Assembly: GCA_002633005.1 (NCBI GenBank)
Contig: NMRA01001034.1
Location: 25,459 to 66,580 of the forward strand
Direction: 5' to 3'
Length of the DNA stretch: 41,122 bases
Source of the DNA: Phoronis australis
Lineage: Eukaryota; Animalia; Phoronida
A model generated the notes under the pieces. It had not been told where the DNA came from and searched no databases. It saw nothing but the letters and a program-made list of their open reading frames with translations. Positions 12,262 to 41,122 of this stretch are shown here, piece by piece. Position 1 is the first letter of the stretch. Each line of letters begins with the position of its first letter. The translations under genes were made by a program, and so were the position numbers.

Positions 12262-12520
12262 CGAAGAAATGGAAACAAAAGCGCACCGCGTTATAGGGAG
12301 GCTGGGGAATTTCCAGAATAGAATTGGAAATTTTAAATACTAGAGAGGTTGTAAAACATTGTCAAAACAAAGCAATATATACCAGTGACCCGCGCACTGC
12401 TTAAACGTGATCATATAAGTCAGTGCACAGACAAATTTCCCAATGCTTTGGCTGGAATTTTCTGCTGCTGCGGTCTGTGAGGACCCGGCCGGTTCATGTC
12501 GAAAAGACTGAAAATTTCAC
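12262..12520. promoter_or_regulatory. Candidate NF-kB/IRF motif cluster 5' of the NTase-TPR gene
   Basis: GGGAATTTCC at 12305-12314, GAAATGGAAAC at 12266-12276, and partial kB-like sites near 12326, 12433, 12455 in a locally CpG-richer patch. Confidence 0.35.
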
Positions 12521-12639
12521 CAAAATGTAAGCATTTTAAAAATTTTGGAAATTATTGGTTACCTGTATGAGAAACTAGATTCATTGACTTTTTTCATCTT
12601 CATAATTTTTATAGTTTTGTAGAATTTAACAGAAAAGAC

Positions 12640-13830
12640 TACCAGCAGTCATGGGAACACTCGCCACTGAACCACTGCATATCCGAAGTTTTTAGATCGG
12701 GCTTGTAGGGGAACTTATTTTCTGTCAGCGTTGGTCCATAGTGCAAGTATACACAATTAAAGATCCAAGGCTTCATGTAAATTTTATGAACTCTCCCCCT
12801 ACCTGGATCCCAGTTAATGGACTAGAATTTAGAACACATTGCTTGGATCATAGAATATACACAACTATAGCCTGTCTTGGACGATCGAAGCCGGAGGATG
12901 AAGTAAGCAACAGGACGCACCTAATTTCCCGCAAACTGATTGGAATTGTCTATTTCAGGTTGTGGCAAGGGAAAACAATTCCATCTAAATGTAGACAATT
13001 TTCACTTATAAATCTCGTGTAGGAGTGCCCAGGTAGACGTTACTTTTGCGTTGCGCTCTATTTTATTACTCTCTGGTGCTTGTCCCGGCACCAAATTTAT
13101 TTTATCGTGGAGAACTAATTTTGTATATTTTAAAACTTCATGATCTCAGAATTCAAATGGTTGGGCCACAGATCCTGTTGCCAAAACCTCCAGTGATTGG
13201 ATCATGGGATGCACGTAAATTGGTGAACCCGGAATTTTAAAAAGGTGTCCGCAATATTACTTTTAATACCAATCAATGTACCCGTTAGTTCCGAACATGG
13301 TGTCAAGAATCGCAGTATTTATTCATTAATAAGAAGCACACACTTAGTTCTGAAGGGACGTTCACAAGAAGATGCAACAACAGAAACATTACAACAAGAT
13401 GCATCACCTCAAACAAAATACCCCATCATACAGTAAAACACACACAAGTGAGATATGTGGACGAGGTTACTGTCCTGGTACATGCACCCCAATTCAGAAA
13501 AGTGGGATTTCATCCAACTCGAATTAAATTGCTCGATTCAGTTGGAACTGACTTTTTAGTGGTACACAGTTCTGACATAAATATTTGAGTGCAATCTTGC
13601 AATTGGCAACACCCTGTCGCAATAAGAATAGGACACAAATCAATGGTCGTCACTCTATCTACGTCCGCGTCCTACATGCAGCAAACCCAGACATTATTAC
13701 AGTGTAAGTACTAGAAGAAACCCGTCTTACACAAACAAGGCTGACTAGAAAATGTTACATTTTGCCCCAAGACAGTTGCAGATTGGAATAGTTTGCTGGG
13801 GTACATAATACCTGTCCCAATTCTTTAGAT
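12640..13830 (+). mobile_element. Heavily decayed non-LTR retrotransposon (LINE, CR1/L2/Jockey-like) reverse transcriptase remnant
   Basis: Degenerate RT motifs in the correct order: SPLNHCISEVF (12661; cf. PISLTSCISKVFE), IACLGRSKPEDEV (~12867; cf. FLDxSKAFDxV), GVP (13022; cf. GVPQGS), CPKTVADWNSL (13763-13795; cf. FPRTxxxWNSLP); many stops and frameshifts. Confidence 0.6.
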
Positions 13831-14700
13831 ACTACAGCAGCAAGTTGTCTGCCTTCTGGCCTTTTCTCAATGACCTGGTTATATCAATCAATCTTCGAAG
13901 TCATGTCCACTTCGTAAAATATACTATTCATCTTATAATCATTTGTTTTTGTGTTTCGTTATACAACAAGATAATATCGTGGACAGACTATGATCACTAA
14001 ATTCTTATAATGAAGATCAAGTTAGAAGGCACGAATGTTTCTATTGAACGACCTCCAAGAATAACACATCATAACGTTTATCCAAGGCATGGGTAAACAA
14101 TGCAGCATAAAAGTTGTTACAATTGTTACAGCTCAAAAGGTAAGCAAGGCTTTTAAACACAAACTGCCAACCTATTAAAGCCATATTCAACACATTTTTG
14201 TTGTTGATGTTTTTTTAATAAAAGTAATCTGATTACAAGTGTAGACTACCGATTATGTCAACAAATGGCATACATAGCAAAATGCTAACACTAAGAATTA
14301 AAGTAAATTTCATGTTGACTTATGTAAGCTACTCGGTTGCAGAATGGAGAGCAAAGTTTTTTAACATCGATTGAAGGGGGCGCAACTGTTTTGATTTCTT
14401 TCAATTGGAAGGTTAACGCTCACATCCATACACAGCTGTTCTAGGGACCAAATACAGTAGAACAATTGTTTCTGCGATCGCATTACATCCCGTAAAATCA
14501 ATTTTCAAATCTCGTTAAGTCAAAAAATTACATCATTGGTCCTGGGTCCGAGGTCTAATCTTTCTAGTCGAAATCAAACTTGAAAATATTTTTGGCGTTT
14601 TCTGCTCTGCTTTAATACAAACTCAAAATAACTGTCAGACTCAATAATCCTGACCTCGAGTAGGTTAGGATTTTCGTGGATGACGGTGTAATAACACTTT

Positions 14701-14793
14701 TTTGCACTTGTTGACCCTAGTATTAAAGCTATGAGTTCGAGTCCAGACTTTTGAGTTGTTACTCGAATTATAGCTGGGGTCATCAAGTGCAAA
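14701..14793. repeat. Imperfect inverted repeat; one arm recurs at ~9601-9632
   Basis: tttgcacttgttgaccc...agctatgagttcgagt pairs with actcgaattatagct-ggggtcatcaagtgcaaa; ggggtcatcaagtgcaaa also at ~9615. Confidence 0.6.
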
Positions 14794-16243
14794 TCTTGAC
14801 TAGAAACTCGTTCGCGTAAAGTATAATGTGTTCGAGTATAATTATCTGGAATTTTTATTCAAAGCGGACCGAAAAGTATTAATAATAAGTTTAAGTTCAA
14901 TTTCTATTCAAAGCAGAACCAAAAGTGGCAATAATGAGTTCGAGTTCAATTTCAGTACAAAAATTAGACCCAGGATTGTTTCATAAACCAGCGCCTCCTT
15001 CACTTTTTACAGGAAAAAGATCCCGACGCATTTCATCCGACATCAGACCATGCTGGGAAAAGGATAACGACCCATTTCAGTTGGCTTTTTCTACTGGACA
15101 ACTAAACACTCGCACACCACCACATCAGTTTTCAACTGAAATAGTACAGACTAAAACCATGTGCTATTTTGTTCGCGGCTGAATAACGCAGTATGCAACA
15201 TGATTCGGTGGAGAGTCCAGCACCGATCTATTAGACACAAGTTTACTTCCTTGACTGTTAGAGTAAAATGTTCGCAGTGTTGTGTATTCTTTTTAGTTTA
15301 TTCCTATCGCAGGCGAACACATCCTCTGATACCCACGTCAACATCTCTTCAATTAGTTTAGTTTGGTTAAATCTAAAATCACATACTAGTAAATCTCCAC
15401 GGGTCGAACGTTTAAAAATAAAAGGATAATTTTGACAGCTAATGTCGAACCTCAAGAAAGTTACTAAATAGTAACTAGACCAATTAGAATCCCCATGCAA
15501 GACACTTACCGGATAGAAATTGGACCCATGTTATGATATGCGAATTCTGTGGCTGAGAGGTGCGTTTAATATGCAAATCCGCGCTGAGAATGTTCCAAAA
15601 TACGCTATTTTAGTGGTCTAAAGGTTAAAGTGAAACCAATAAAAATGTAAAATGTAATTTGCGTCCCCGGAATTGCCAAGTGTGGGATTTAGTAGGTAAA
15701 AGACACCTCATACAATGAACCAGGCCAATTGTTCCTCTTGGCTCCTCCAAAAGACGGCGTTCCTGTCACACTAGTAATTGGCCACTTACAACAACTCAAC
15801 CAAGTCAAAATAGTCATCGTCAATTCCGTAGTGTGTTTCAGCAGCATTGTTCTTCAAGTGAAGTAGGTCGCTGCTGCCACATTTTGCCTGTACGCTTTAC
15901 ACTTTTTTTCTGAACAGAGGAGATTGAACTGGAAAACAATTGCATTCAAAACTCTTTCCAATGAAGAACTCCTCGGCTGAGATAAAAATGTGTAGGACTC
16001 AAGGTGATGGCGCCACGAGTTCGCTGTTGTTCTTCAACTTCTCCACAGCATTAAATAGTTTTTCCACATTTATAACTGACCAAGACAAAAGGAAAAGGCC
16101 AAAAAATGAGGCAGGTCTGGTCGACTTGTTTTGACGGGACAGGGCACTCTGTTGGTAAACAAGACAACGTAGAAAATATATCTGAAACTAAATAAGGCGA
16201 TCCAGATCCTCCCAAGGATACTATTGTTTCATGAAATGAAGAA

Positions 16244-16528
16244 TATAAATCGGTAAATAAAACAACAAGAATGGATTAACTGAAATTTGAAATTTTCGGA
16301 GGTAACAACTTCCTTTATCAACAAAAATACAGTAAAAAAGTTAAAGGTAACAACTTCCTTTATCAAAAAAAAACAGAAATAAAGTAAAATCAAACACAAA
16401 ATGACAATGATTTTCATTTTGTGTTTGATTTTACTTTATTTCTGTTTTTGTTGATAAAGGAAGTTGTTACCTCCGAAAATTTCAAATTTCAGTTGATCCA
16501 TTCTTGTTGTTTTATTTACCGATTTATA
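16244..16528. mobile_element. Foldback/MITE-like near-perfect palindrome
   Basis: ~115-bp arms (tataaatcggtaaataaaacaacaagaatgga...caaacacaaaatga) around a ~10-nt loop, 1 substitution plus a ~45-bp duplication in the left arm; both ends TATA (possible TA/TATA target duplication). Confidence 0.75.
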
Positions 16529-19500
16529 AACAAGACAAGAAATGTATCCGTCTAGAGAGTGAATGTGTTAAAAACAACACACTATCAACGAGACTGAATT
16601 AATGAATAAATAACTCTTTGAACAATGCTCTTTTTAACACATTAAAATACGAGTACTTTTCAATATCCACTGTAAATGGACCACTCCTATGCATGATAAG
16701 AAGCGTGACAAGCAACAAACGACTTGTCTGTGAGAGACACTAGTGTGAAAAGGCTTATAACTATAACCACGTAGAGAAAGAAACTAATTCAAGATGAAAC
16801 AAAGAGTTTATTTACAAATGAGTCTCCAAAAATGTCCATATTTATACAAAAACAAATACAAGAGTACAGAGGAAAACATTCTTGTTCTATACAACTGAGA
16901 AGTCTCTGAACTTAGCAATTACGAATCCGCAACTTTATGCCATGTGGGTGGGGATTCTTCAGTGATGTGGGTGGGTGCCGTTTTGGCATCAAAACGAGTA
17001 TGGTCTTCGTCGAATTTGTTATCGAAATAAGTACATCGTAGCTTTAGCAAAGATGTGGACCTATTTTTCAGCAATCCGTGAATATTCTAGAGGCAGTCTC
17101 GAAAGAGTAGCGCCAACTCGTTTTTCTTTTAAAACAGGTATGACCATATTCTGGGCCAAGGACTACTCTGTTTTCAGTGAAGACTCTTAATGGGTCTTTT
17201 TTCTTTGAGGTTTGGAATGTCACTTTTTGTGTCAAATAGTGAAGTGACCAAATCTTTGAATTGAAACAGGTCACTTCTTGAGTCTGGAATTGAAATGGGT
17301 ACAAGCATTTCAAGATTTGCACTGATATGGGTGACTATTTTCCCGATTCGTAGGTACTGAAATGGGTACATAATGGGTACATAATTTGACTTGATGAAAG
17401 TACGTCTGTATTAGTCTTCTCAATAACACCCCACGACGTTAGCCAAGACACAACGTTTGCTGTTTCGCACTGCCAGTTCAATCACCACAAAGTTCGGCCA
17501 TCGCCAACCAGAACCTTCATCTTGACCTTTATGAATCTTGTTAACAAACTGCAATTCAGAATCAACTTTGAACGAATACGGTCTTTCCTCCGATGACCCC
17601 AAGACTAAAAAGACGATTAGTTCACTCACGATCCACCAGGCGGGGCTAAGAAAACATATTCACACACACGCACACACACGTACACACAAACACGCGCGCG
17701 CTGAGTTCACATACAGCTTCATGAGATTCTACAGCTCCATTCATAGATTGACTTTTTAATGAATAAATAAACTTATCACTCCACAGAACTTGTCATAATT
17801 CAAGAATACTCAAACTGAAAAACCAAACAAGGCATAAAAATATAGCAAAGACTGTCTTAAGCAAACACAGGCGTGATCCCAAACAGTTGGGATCGCGGGG
17901 TTCCACATTTTGCCTGTTATTCAGTCTTGCTTGACACAAGCTGAGCCACTGAAACTGTCGGTCACCTCATAAAATGTTACAGTACAACACACAGTGCATG
18001 GAACCTCCTCCATCATTCCAGCACCACTGTCGTCCATAAATCCCCACCAGCAGGCTCAAAACAAAAAGCTGAATGACAAGAAAACGAGGTGACTTTACAT
18101 CTCACAAATCATACAAGTCTAGTAAAACACTCCACTGTACAAGTAAGGTTAAGCTAGGTTATACTCAGCACCAAACAGGGTTAACACACAGCAGACCTCA
18201 TCAATAAACACTGTGCTCATATGACAAGTACATTTTCAACTCCACACAGTTCAAGCAGAAATAGCCAAGATCTGCCTCAGAGAGATTAGTTCCTGCAACC
18301 CACAATTCAGCTGAAGTTTAACAGCTGATTAATTCAAAGTTAACGTCCATTGTGTGACAATGAAACAATGTCTGCCCGCTCAACTAAAGCAGCTATAAAC
18401 CTGTGCTGCATCGGAGGAGAGAACTTTTGATATAGTTCACTTATTGCCACAAAATTGAACTCAACTTGAGTTCCTTGTTCTGATGAGAAGTGACATTTGG
18501 TGTTGCGAAGAAGTGACTATTCGTTATTCCTTGAGATTATGCTCAGTGCTCAAGATGACAAACTGTGATGTGACAACTTGTAGTGCATGGTCTCAAACAA
18601 TAACACACTGTCAGTTCTTTCCAAACCCTAAAATTGTCTCCAATTTGATTAAGGAATAATTTGATATTAATTTCCTAATAGTAAGTAGTAAAAATCAGAA
18701 GATGGAAGGCCTGTTTATTGACTTCCAAATTACACTGATTGTAAAACCACCCACCCAGTGACAAAAATAGAGGGTTGGTAGTTAAGCTGGCACTTATAGA
18801 CGAACAGTGACCATGAGGTGACAATGTTGGGACAGCTCTTGGCTATGGACAAATGTTATACTTATAATATCAACAATTGGAAATGTAAATTCTCCCTTCG
18901 CTCTAATACTGGAACTACTTAATTCTGATAACAATAATGCATTCTGCAAGGTTTGCAATGCAAGAATTTTGTTGTTTACATGGCATATAAAATAGACCGC
19001 TATGTTACGCATCGCAGTACTTGCATGCTAAGCAAAAGTTCTAGAAGTTTCAAATATTTTACAGTCAACAAATCAGATACACTAAATACTTTTGTACTCG
19101 TAAAACATTTTCATGCAAAGCTAAATTTAACATTTAATGTGTTGGCGAGCAACTACCAACAGCAGAATGTTAAAAGAAAACCTAGAGACTATTTAGTACA
19201 TGAAATAGTTTGTATAAACCCAGCAAAGACAAAAAAACAGTGCAACCTCACTGTTGCCATGGCTACCACACAAAATCATTTTTTAGTGAAAATGAGTTTT
19301 CTGGGAAGTAATTTTCATTTTCCCAAAAAATAAAATGTAGATGCTCAGTAATTTTTGTTAACAGTTGTTGTCCAGTATAATCTAATGCAAGAACTCTCGA
19401 TGTGACTCCTAAAACGATGGTTTCAGTTGAGTTATAGAATTTTCCACGAGCCATGAGTTTGTCATAAGCTATTATCCTTTTTTTATTTTCCAAGACTTTT

Positions 19501-21051
19501 CCCTGAAAAGAGGAGCCATGACTTTGTGTTTGTACAGAGAGACAAACTATTTCCATGTATTGTACAGACATTTCACTTAGACAAATACTGGTACAAGTCA
19601 TCCTAACAATTTGGCAAGAATTGAAAACTTATGAAATACAGTTAAAAAAAGAAACTATATAAAAGTTCACCATAACAAATATTTCGGAAGCAGTTTGTCT
19701 GTGGCAACCGCCATCAAAGGCAAGAGACGATGTTGCTATAACAAACATTCAAATTAACCATTGCCATGCCTGACCCTTGTCTTTGCCAGTGTCAACAAAC
19801 CCCTGGTACAGCACTTGACCAAACTTGTAACACACTATTCCTTCAGTAAGTGATCATCGTTTTGGCAAAACCGAAGAAGTAGTATTTGTAGCTCTCAAAG
19901 AGTTTACAACTAATTCCCACAATGCTGTGCGGCCACATGTGGCTGCTGTGAGAGTTAGTCCACGCACCTACCTATCTGACAGTGTACACTGTCTCCACAA
20001 GAGGGCAGCGTGTATTCTACTCCACGAAGAGTTCTGTGCGATCTTTCTGACCTCCTATTGAGGACGTGGCGCAAGTTGATTTTGATTTGGAAACTTTGCA
20101 TAAACGAACACCACAATGGTTTAAAATGAACAACAGTTTAGCGTCTGTTAAATTCCTTGAAAGTCAACAAACAAACAGTTATTGAGCTATGTACAGAAAA
20201 AAATGGTTTGAATTCCATGAAAGAAATCAAGGTCTAAAGCAGGAGCAACATTTAAAGTAGAGATTGACCAAAAATAAGAGATTATAAACAACCGCAAACA
20301 AAATATAAAGTAGACAGATAAATCAAGAGCATGCATAAAGAAACACCAAGTATGAGACAGTAAACAGCAAACAACGAGAAGCTTGAAAATTACAGAGTCT
20401 TGTTCGGACAACTGAGTGCACGGCGGTCCATTGGAGGAGAAAAATGCTTGAAATAATTTGTTTTTGTCTGACAATGATTCCTACAGTGTCCTGCAGCAAT
20501 GTACTTTCTAAATGAATTGTTCGAAAGCAACTGCATACGACACCACCGCATCAAATATTTTCACATATATTCCGTGAAACCCATGGGAAGAAGAGATTCA
20601 CAAGGCGGGACCTCGTTTAAAGTTCAATAACACGCATAAGCACAACCCTGACAAAATCACAAAAATGGAAGAATTAAATCACTTAACAGTGGGAGGCAAC
20701 ACTTCTCATAGAGCGTGTGCTGGTTCTAAATGCAGTCTTTACACCTCCCCTGTAAGGAGAGTAGGCTTCATCACAATGACGTCATCACAATCTCATCATT
20801 TCTCTTCAAAAGAGTCTCCAAAAGCCTTTCTGTTCAATAACTTTATGCAGACAACAGCAGTGGTCATTTTATCACATTCAACTTATGTCTGCAGCCAAAT
20901 TTCTCTCAAAGAGTCTTGGCTTGCAATGTCACAAAGTAGCAGTCCACTATCTGCGTAGATCTTCGAATTATCACCAATAATTCCCCAAAATATAGATGCA
21001 CCATCAACTCAGCTCATTGGTTTTCAATACGCTCTATCCTCTTGCACGGTG

Positions 21052-37883
<16,832 letters not shown>

Positions 37884-37907
37884 CTGAAAGCATAAACAAT
37901 AGATGCG

Positions 37908-38098
37908 TTATTACAATTATTATCATCATAATCAATATCATTACCAAAACTATAACTGTCATAATTACTATTATTACTATTATTACTATCCCTACAATTG
38001 TTATCCTCATCATATCAATGACAATGTCTTTGCTGATGCTACTATTATTTTTATAATTATTCTTTTTTATATTTATTATCATTATTGTTATTATTATC
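37908..38098. repeat. Degenerate (TAT/CAT)n microsatellite
   Basis: Runs of tattattac/catcat just 5' of the TM-exon acceptor. Confidence 0.85.
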
Positions 38099-38387
38099 CT
38101 TTTGGGGGCAAGTGCCTTACTCAATGAACAGATTTCCAGGAGGGCCCAAACAGGTATATATCAGCAACAGGAACAGGAAATATTACAGACAGTTGAAATG
38201 GATGTTTTGAGTTATCTACACCAAGTCCATTAAGAACCCCACCGGAGTGATAAACATAAAACAGGTGTGACTGACTTAATGATGGTGAAGGTTGTGATGA
38301 GCTGCACCTGCTCAAATGGTAATTACAGGTGACTGCTCTTAAAAATAGGAGAGTGGTTTCAGTATAACTTCACCCCACTGCACTGCA

Positions 38388-38455
38388 ATGCATTACAGAG
38401 GAGAAACTGTTAAGGTTAGGGATGCATTACAGAGGAGAAACTGCTAAGGTTAGGG
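38388..38455. repeat. 34-bp direct duplication
   Basis: atgcattacagaggagaaactg(t/c)taaggttaggg x2. Confidence 0.9.
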
Positions 38456-41122
38456 ACAACCATATCAACAAGTCTGTACAGTTACCAAAATATCACACAG
38501 ACTACGGCTGTCAACTCGCTAAAGGTATATAACTCCGAAAGTGGGAAGCCTGTAGAACTTGACCTTTTTATCAGTGTATCATTAATTTGGTCACATGACC
38601 ACCGTGTCTTTTTTGTAATTTCCGTGTCTTTTTTTGTAAAATTACGGATGCTCAGTTCGTTAAGTCAATTGCGGTTTACAAGGTAATGCCCCCCCCCCAG
38701 ACATCTATAACTCCACAAGACTGTAGAGTTCAACATTAATGACAAATTGTGCTGGTAGTAATTCTCCTTTTGAATTCAACATGGCAATTAAGATGAACAT
38801 GATTGCTACATTAAGTGCACCTAACACAATTAGGTCACTGATCACATGGTCGTTTTTACAACACAGTAGCTGTTGAACAGGCTGACAATAGAAACATACA
38901 GGCTAGTTCAGAATATTGCATTAGATGGTGGACACCCAAAGGTCTAGAGTACAACTCTGAAGGCTGGTTGATGAGTGGCTCCTGGGCGGCAGCTGCCTGT
39001 CCCCCATTGTCCTCTACACATTTGCTTAAGTTTTAATAGGAAATATTGCACTGGGAGAAGATTTACCAGTTATTTGCCTGAACTAAAAACCCGGAAATTT
39101 TACCAATAAATTTCCATGGTTTGTTTACTCAATTAAAAGTACTTAGTATAATGTCAATGCCTGCCAACAGAGCGAGAAAAAGGCCAGTATTCTGAAGTCA
39201 GTAAGAATACTTGGAGACACCGACAGTAATTTTTCCCAGACAAATTTCAGGGATTTCAAAATCCATGAGAACACAGCTAATGCTTATAGTGCTACATGAC
39301 ATGATACAGCTCTTTAACTACTTAATGACTACAGACATTATGTCTCTAGCAATAAACACTAAGTATTAGTCCATGCCAGCTGAAGCAAACAACATAATTA
39401 TCTTCACAAACACAGAAAATTCCCTCCACCCCAACAAGAACATATCCAGGAATATACAAAGTTTTTAGGGCACAGGTTTTATAATCCAATTCATAAGGAA
39501 AAACATGCTTTTGTCCAAATTTTATATTTTAGAAACTACTAAAGAAAGGAAAAGCAATTCAAAATAATAAAGACATCGAAATTATAGATTTGCGAAGCTG
39601 TCTCAAGGTTTCAACAAGTATTTCAGTTCATGGAACAAGTTATTATCCAAAATCTTTGCAGAACACTTTTTAGTTTTGGTTGAACCATCTTGCCAGCTTT
39701 ATAGGTACCAGTTAAATGGAGACATATGATAACTCAAAAAAGAGAACTGTTCATTTGTCAGTAGTATAAGTGGGGTGCTCATGTGACAAGTTCTGACCAG
39801 CATAACTGGTGCTGTAAACACTATCCCAGCAAGAGACGAGCTATATTTAGCAAGAATAATTAAATTGATCCCCTTACCAACTAGGAATCAATATGTGTTA
39901 TGAACTGACATCTCTACATTACATGCTCTCCACAGAGCACCATCCACAACTCATATAGATATTGATGAACGTCAGAAACTCTTGGAAATAACTGATTAAC
40001 TGACTATCGAAGGAAGACTTCATCTAATTTCTGTTTAGTTCACAAGAGGCAATTAGAAGGGGGGATTTTTTAATCCGCTAGATATCAGATATAAGCTATC
40101 TTACTATCTTGTTGCATAGCAACTGAAAAACCATGACCAAGAGATCCCAAGTGCAAGAAAATTTCTAAACTTCATGGCAAATAAACATTCATTATTAGCA
40201 GAGCCCGATAAAATCTCACTAATTTTCGACAAAACAATTATTTGCTAAAATTGCGCAGTTTGAAAGATTCAAGATCTTGTAAAACTGTTGAGAATGGATA
40301 CAATTCTTCAAAATAATGTCTGGTGGTTGCCATGGTACCGGACTCGGACAAAGAAAAGTACTGATACTACATTATCTTGATGGCTAAAATGAGAGAATAA
40401 AACTTCACTTGTGTCCCTCCCATATTGTGCCACCGTGTGTAGATTTTATCATAAAGCGCTTTCAAAATAAAGTGCCATGTAGACATATTTGAACCGTTTT
40501 TAAAAAATACGCAAATTTTCAGGAGCATGTCCGAACTCCAGTTACCAGAAACCAAAGATTCTACGTCAAAGTCTTCTAGTTTATACCACAGCAATTTGTA
40601 ATTATAGACTGTTAACGTGAGTCAACGTGGGAAGCTAAATACAACGCAGAAAGTGACATTATCTCATTTTAATTACCTATATTACAAATCTAAATATCCC
40701 TGTAAATTAATCAGTTTGGACACCGTGATCAAACAGTGTCACTTAATCGTTTATGAATATGACCTTTAAATGTTAAGAAAATAATTAAATTTTCAACACC
40801 TGATAGAAGGATATTTACAGTACATATTAAAAGAATTGCCATTGAGGCTCACATATAAACCCTAACATGTTATACACTGTTTTCAAGACAGTCACCTTAA
40901 AAGCAAGGTTTTACCATAAGACCACCATCATTTCCCCTATAAGACCCTGTCATTCCATATGTTCCTTGCATACAAGACCAAATATCAGTCTTGAAGTAGG
41001 ATTTCATCCTGTTGGCGGCTAATAGATGAAAATCGAATTAGACCTTTTAATCTCATAAAATCGGTCTCATAACATACCCTGCCACTTCAGTTAATATCGA
41101 GAACATAAGAACCAAGCAATTT

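Noticed and set aside
14730-14960. GTTCGAGTCC B-box, possible tRNA or SINE
   Set aside because: No A-box spacing or cloverleaf; it is part of an inverted repeat.
16800-21051. Possible long 3' UTR of the DPP gene ending near AATAAA at 16807-16812 (minus)
   Set aside because: Several alternative poly(A) signals exist; cannot be chosen without transcript data.

Overview
AT-rich, intron-containing animal DNA (probably a marine invertebrate; taxon is inference) with two minus-strand genes. (1) From ~8.6 kb running off the left edge is an unnamed gene that the ORF track misses because it has no stop codon in the window. Its single >=3.7-kb exon encodes a GlnD/GlnE/DUF294-type (pol-beta superfamily) nucleotidyltransferase domain (GSLGRGEVTPYSDLE), a helical domain, and an array of near-identical 43-aa TPR repeats whose groove-facing residues are hypervariable. 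Tandemly duplicated symmetric mini-exons lie upstream, with a kB/IRF-like motif cluster further 5'. It looks like a sensor-enzyme receptor and is the main candidate for an undescribed system. (2) At 21052-37883 are 20 coding exons of a membrane-anchored S9B dipeptidyl peptidase with a DPP6/DPP10-type N-terminus but an intact Ser-Asp-His triad and one GC-AG intron; its first exon was not located. The remainder holds a decayed LINE, two foldback elements, an inverted pair of hammerhead-like (Penelope-type) motifs and several minisatellites.
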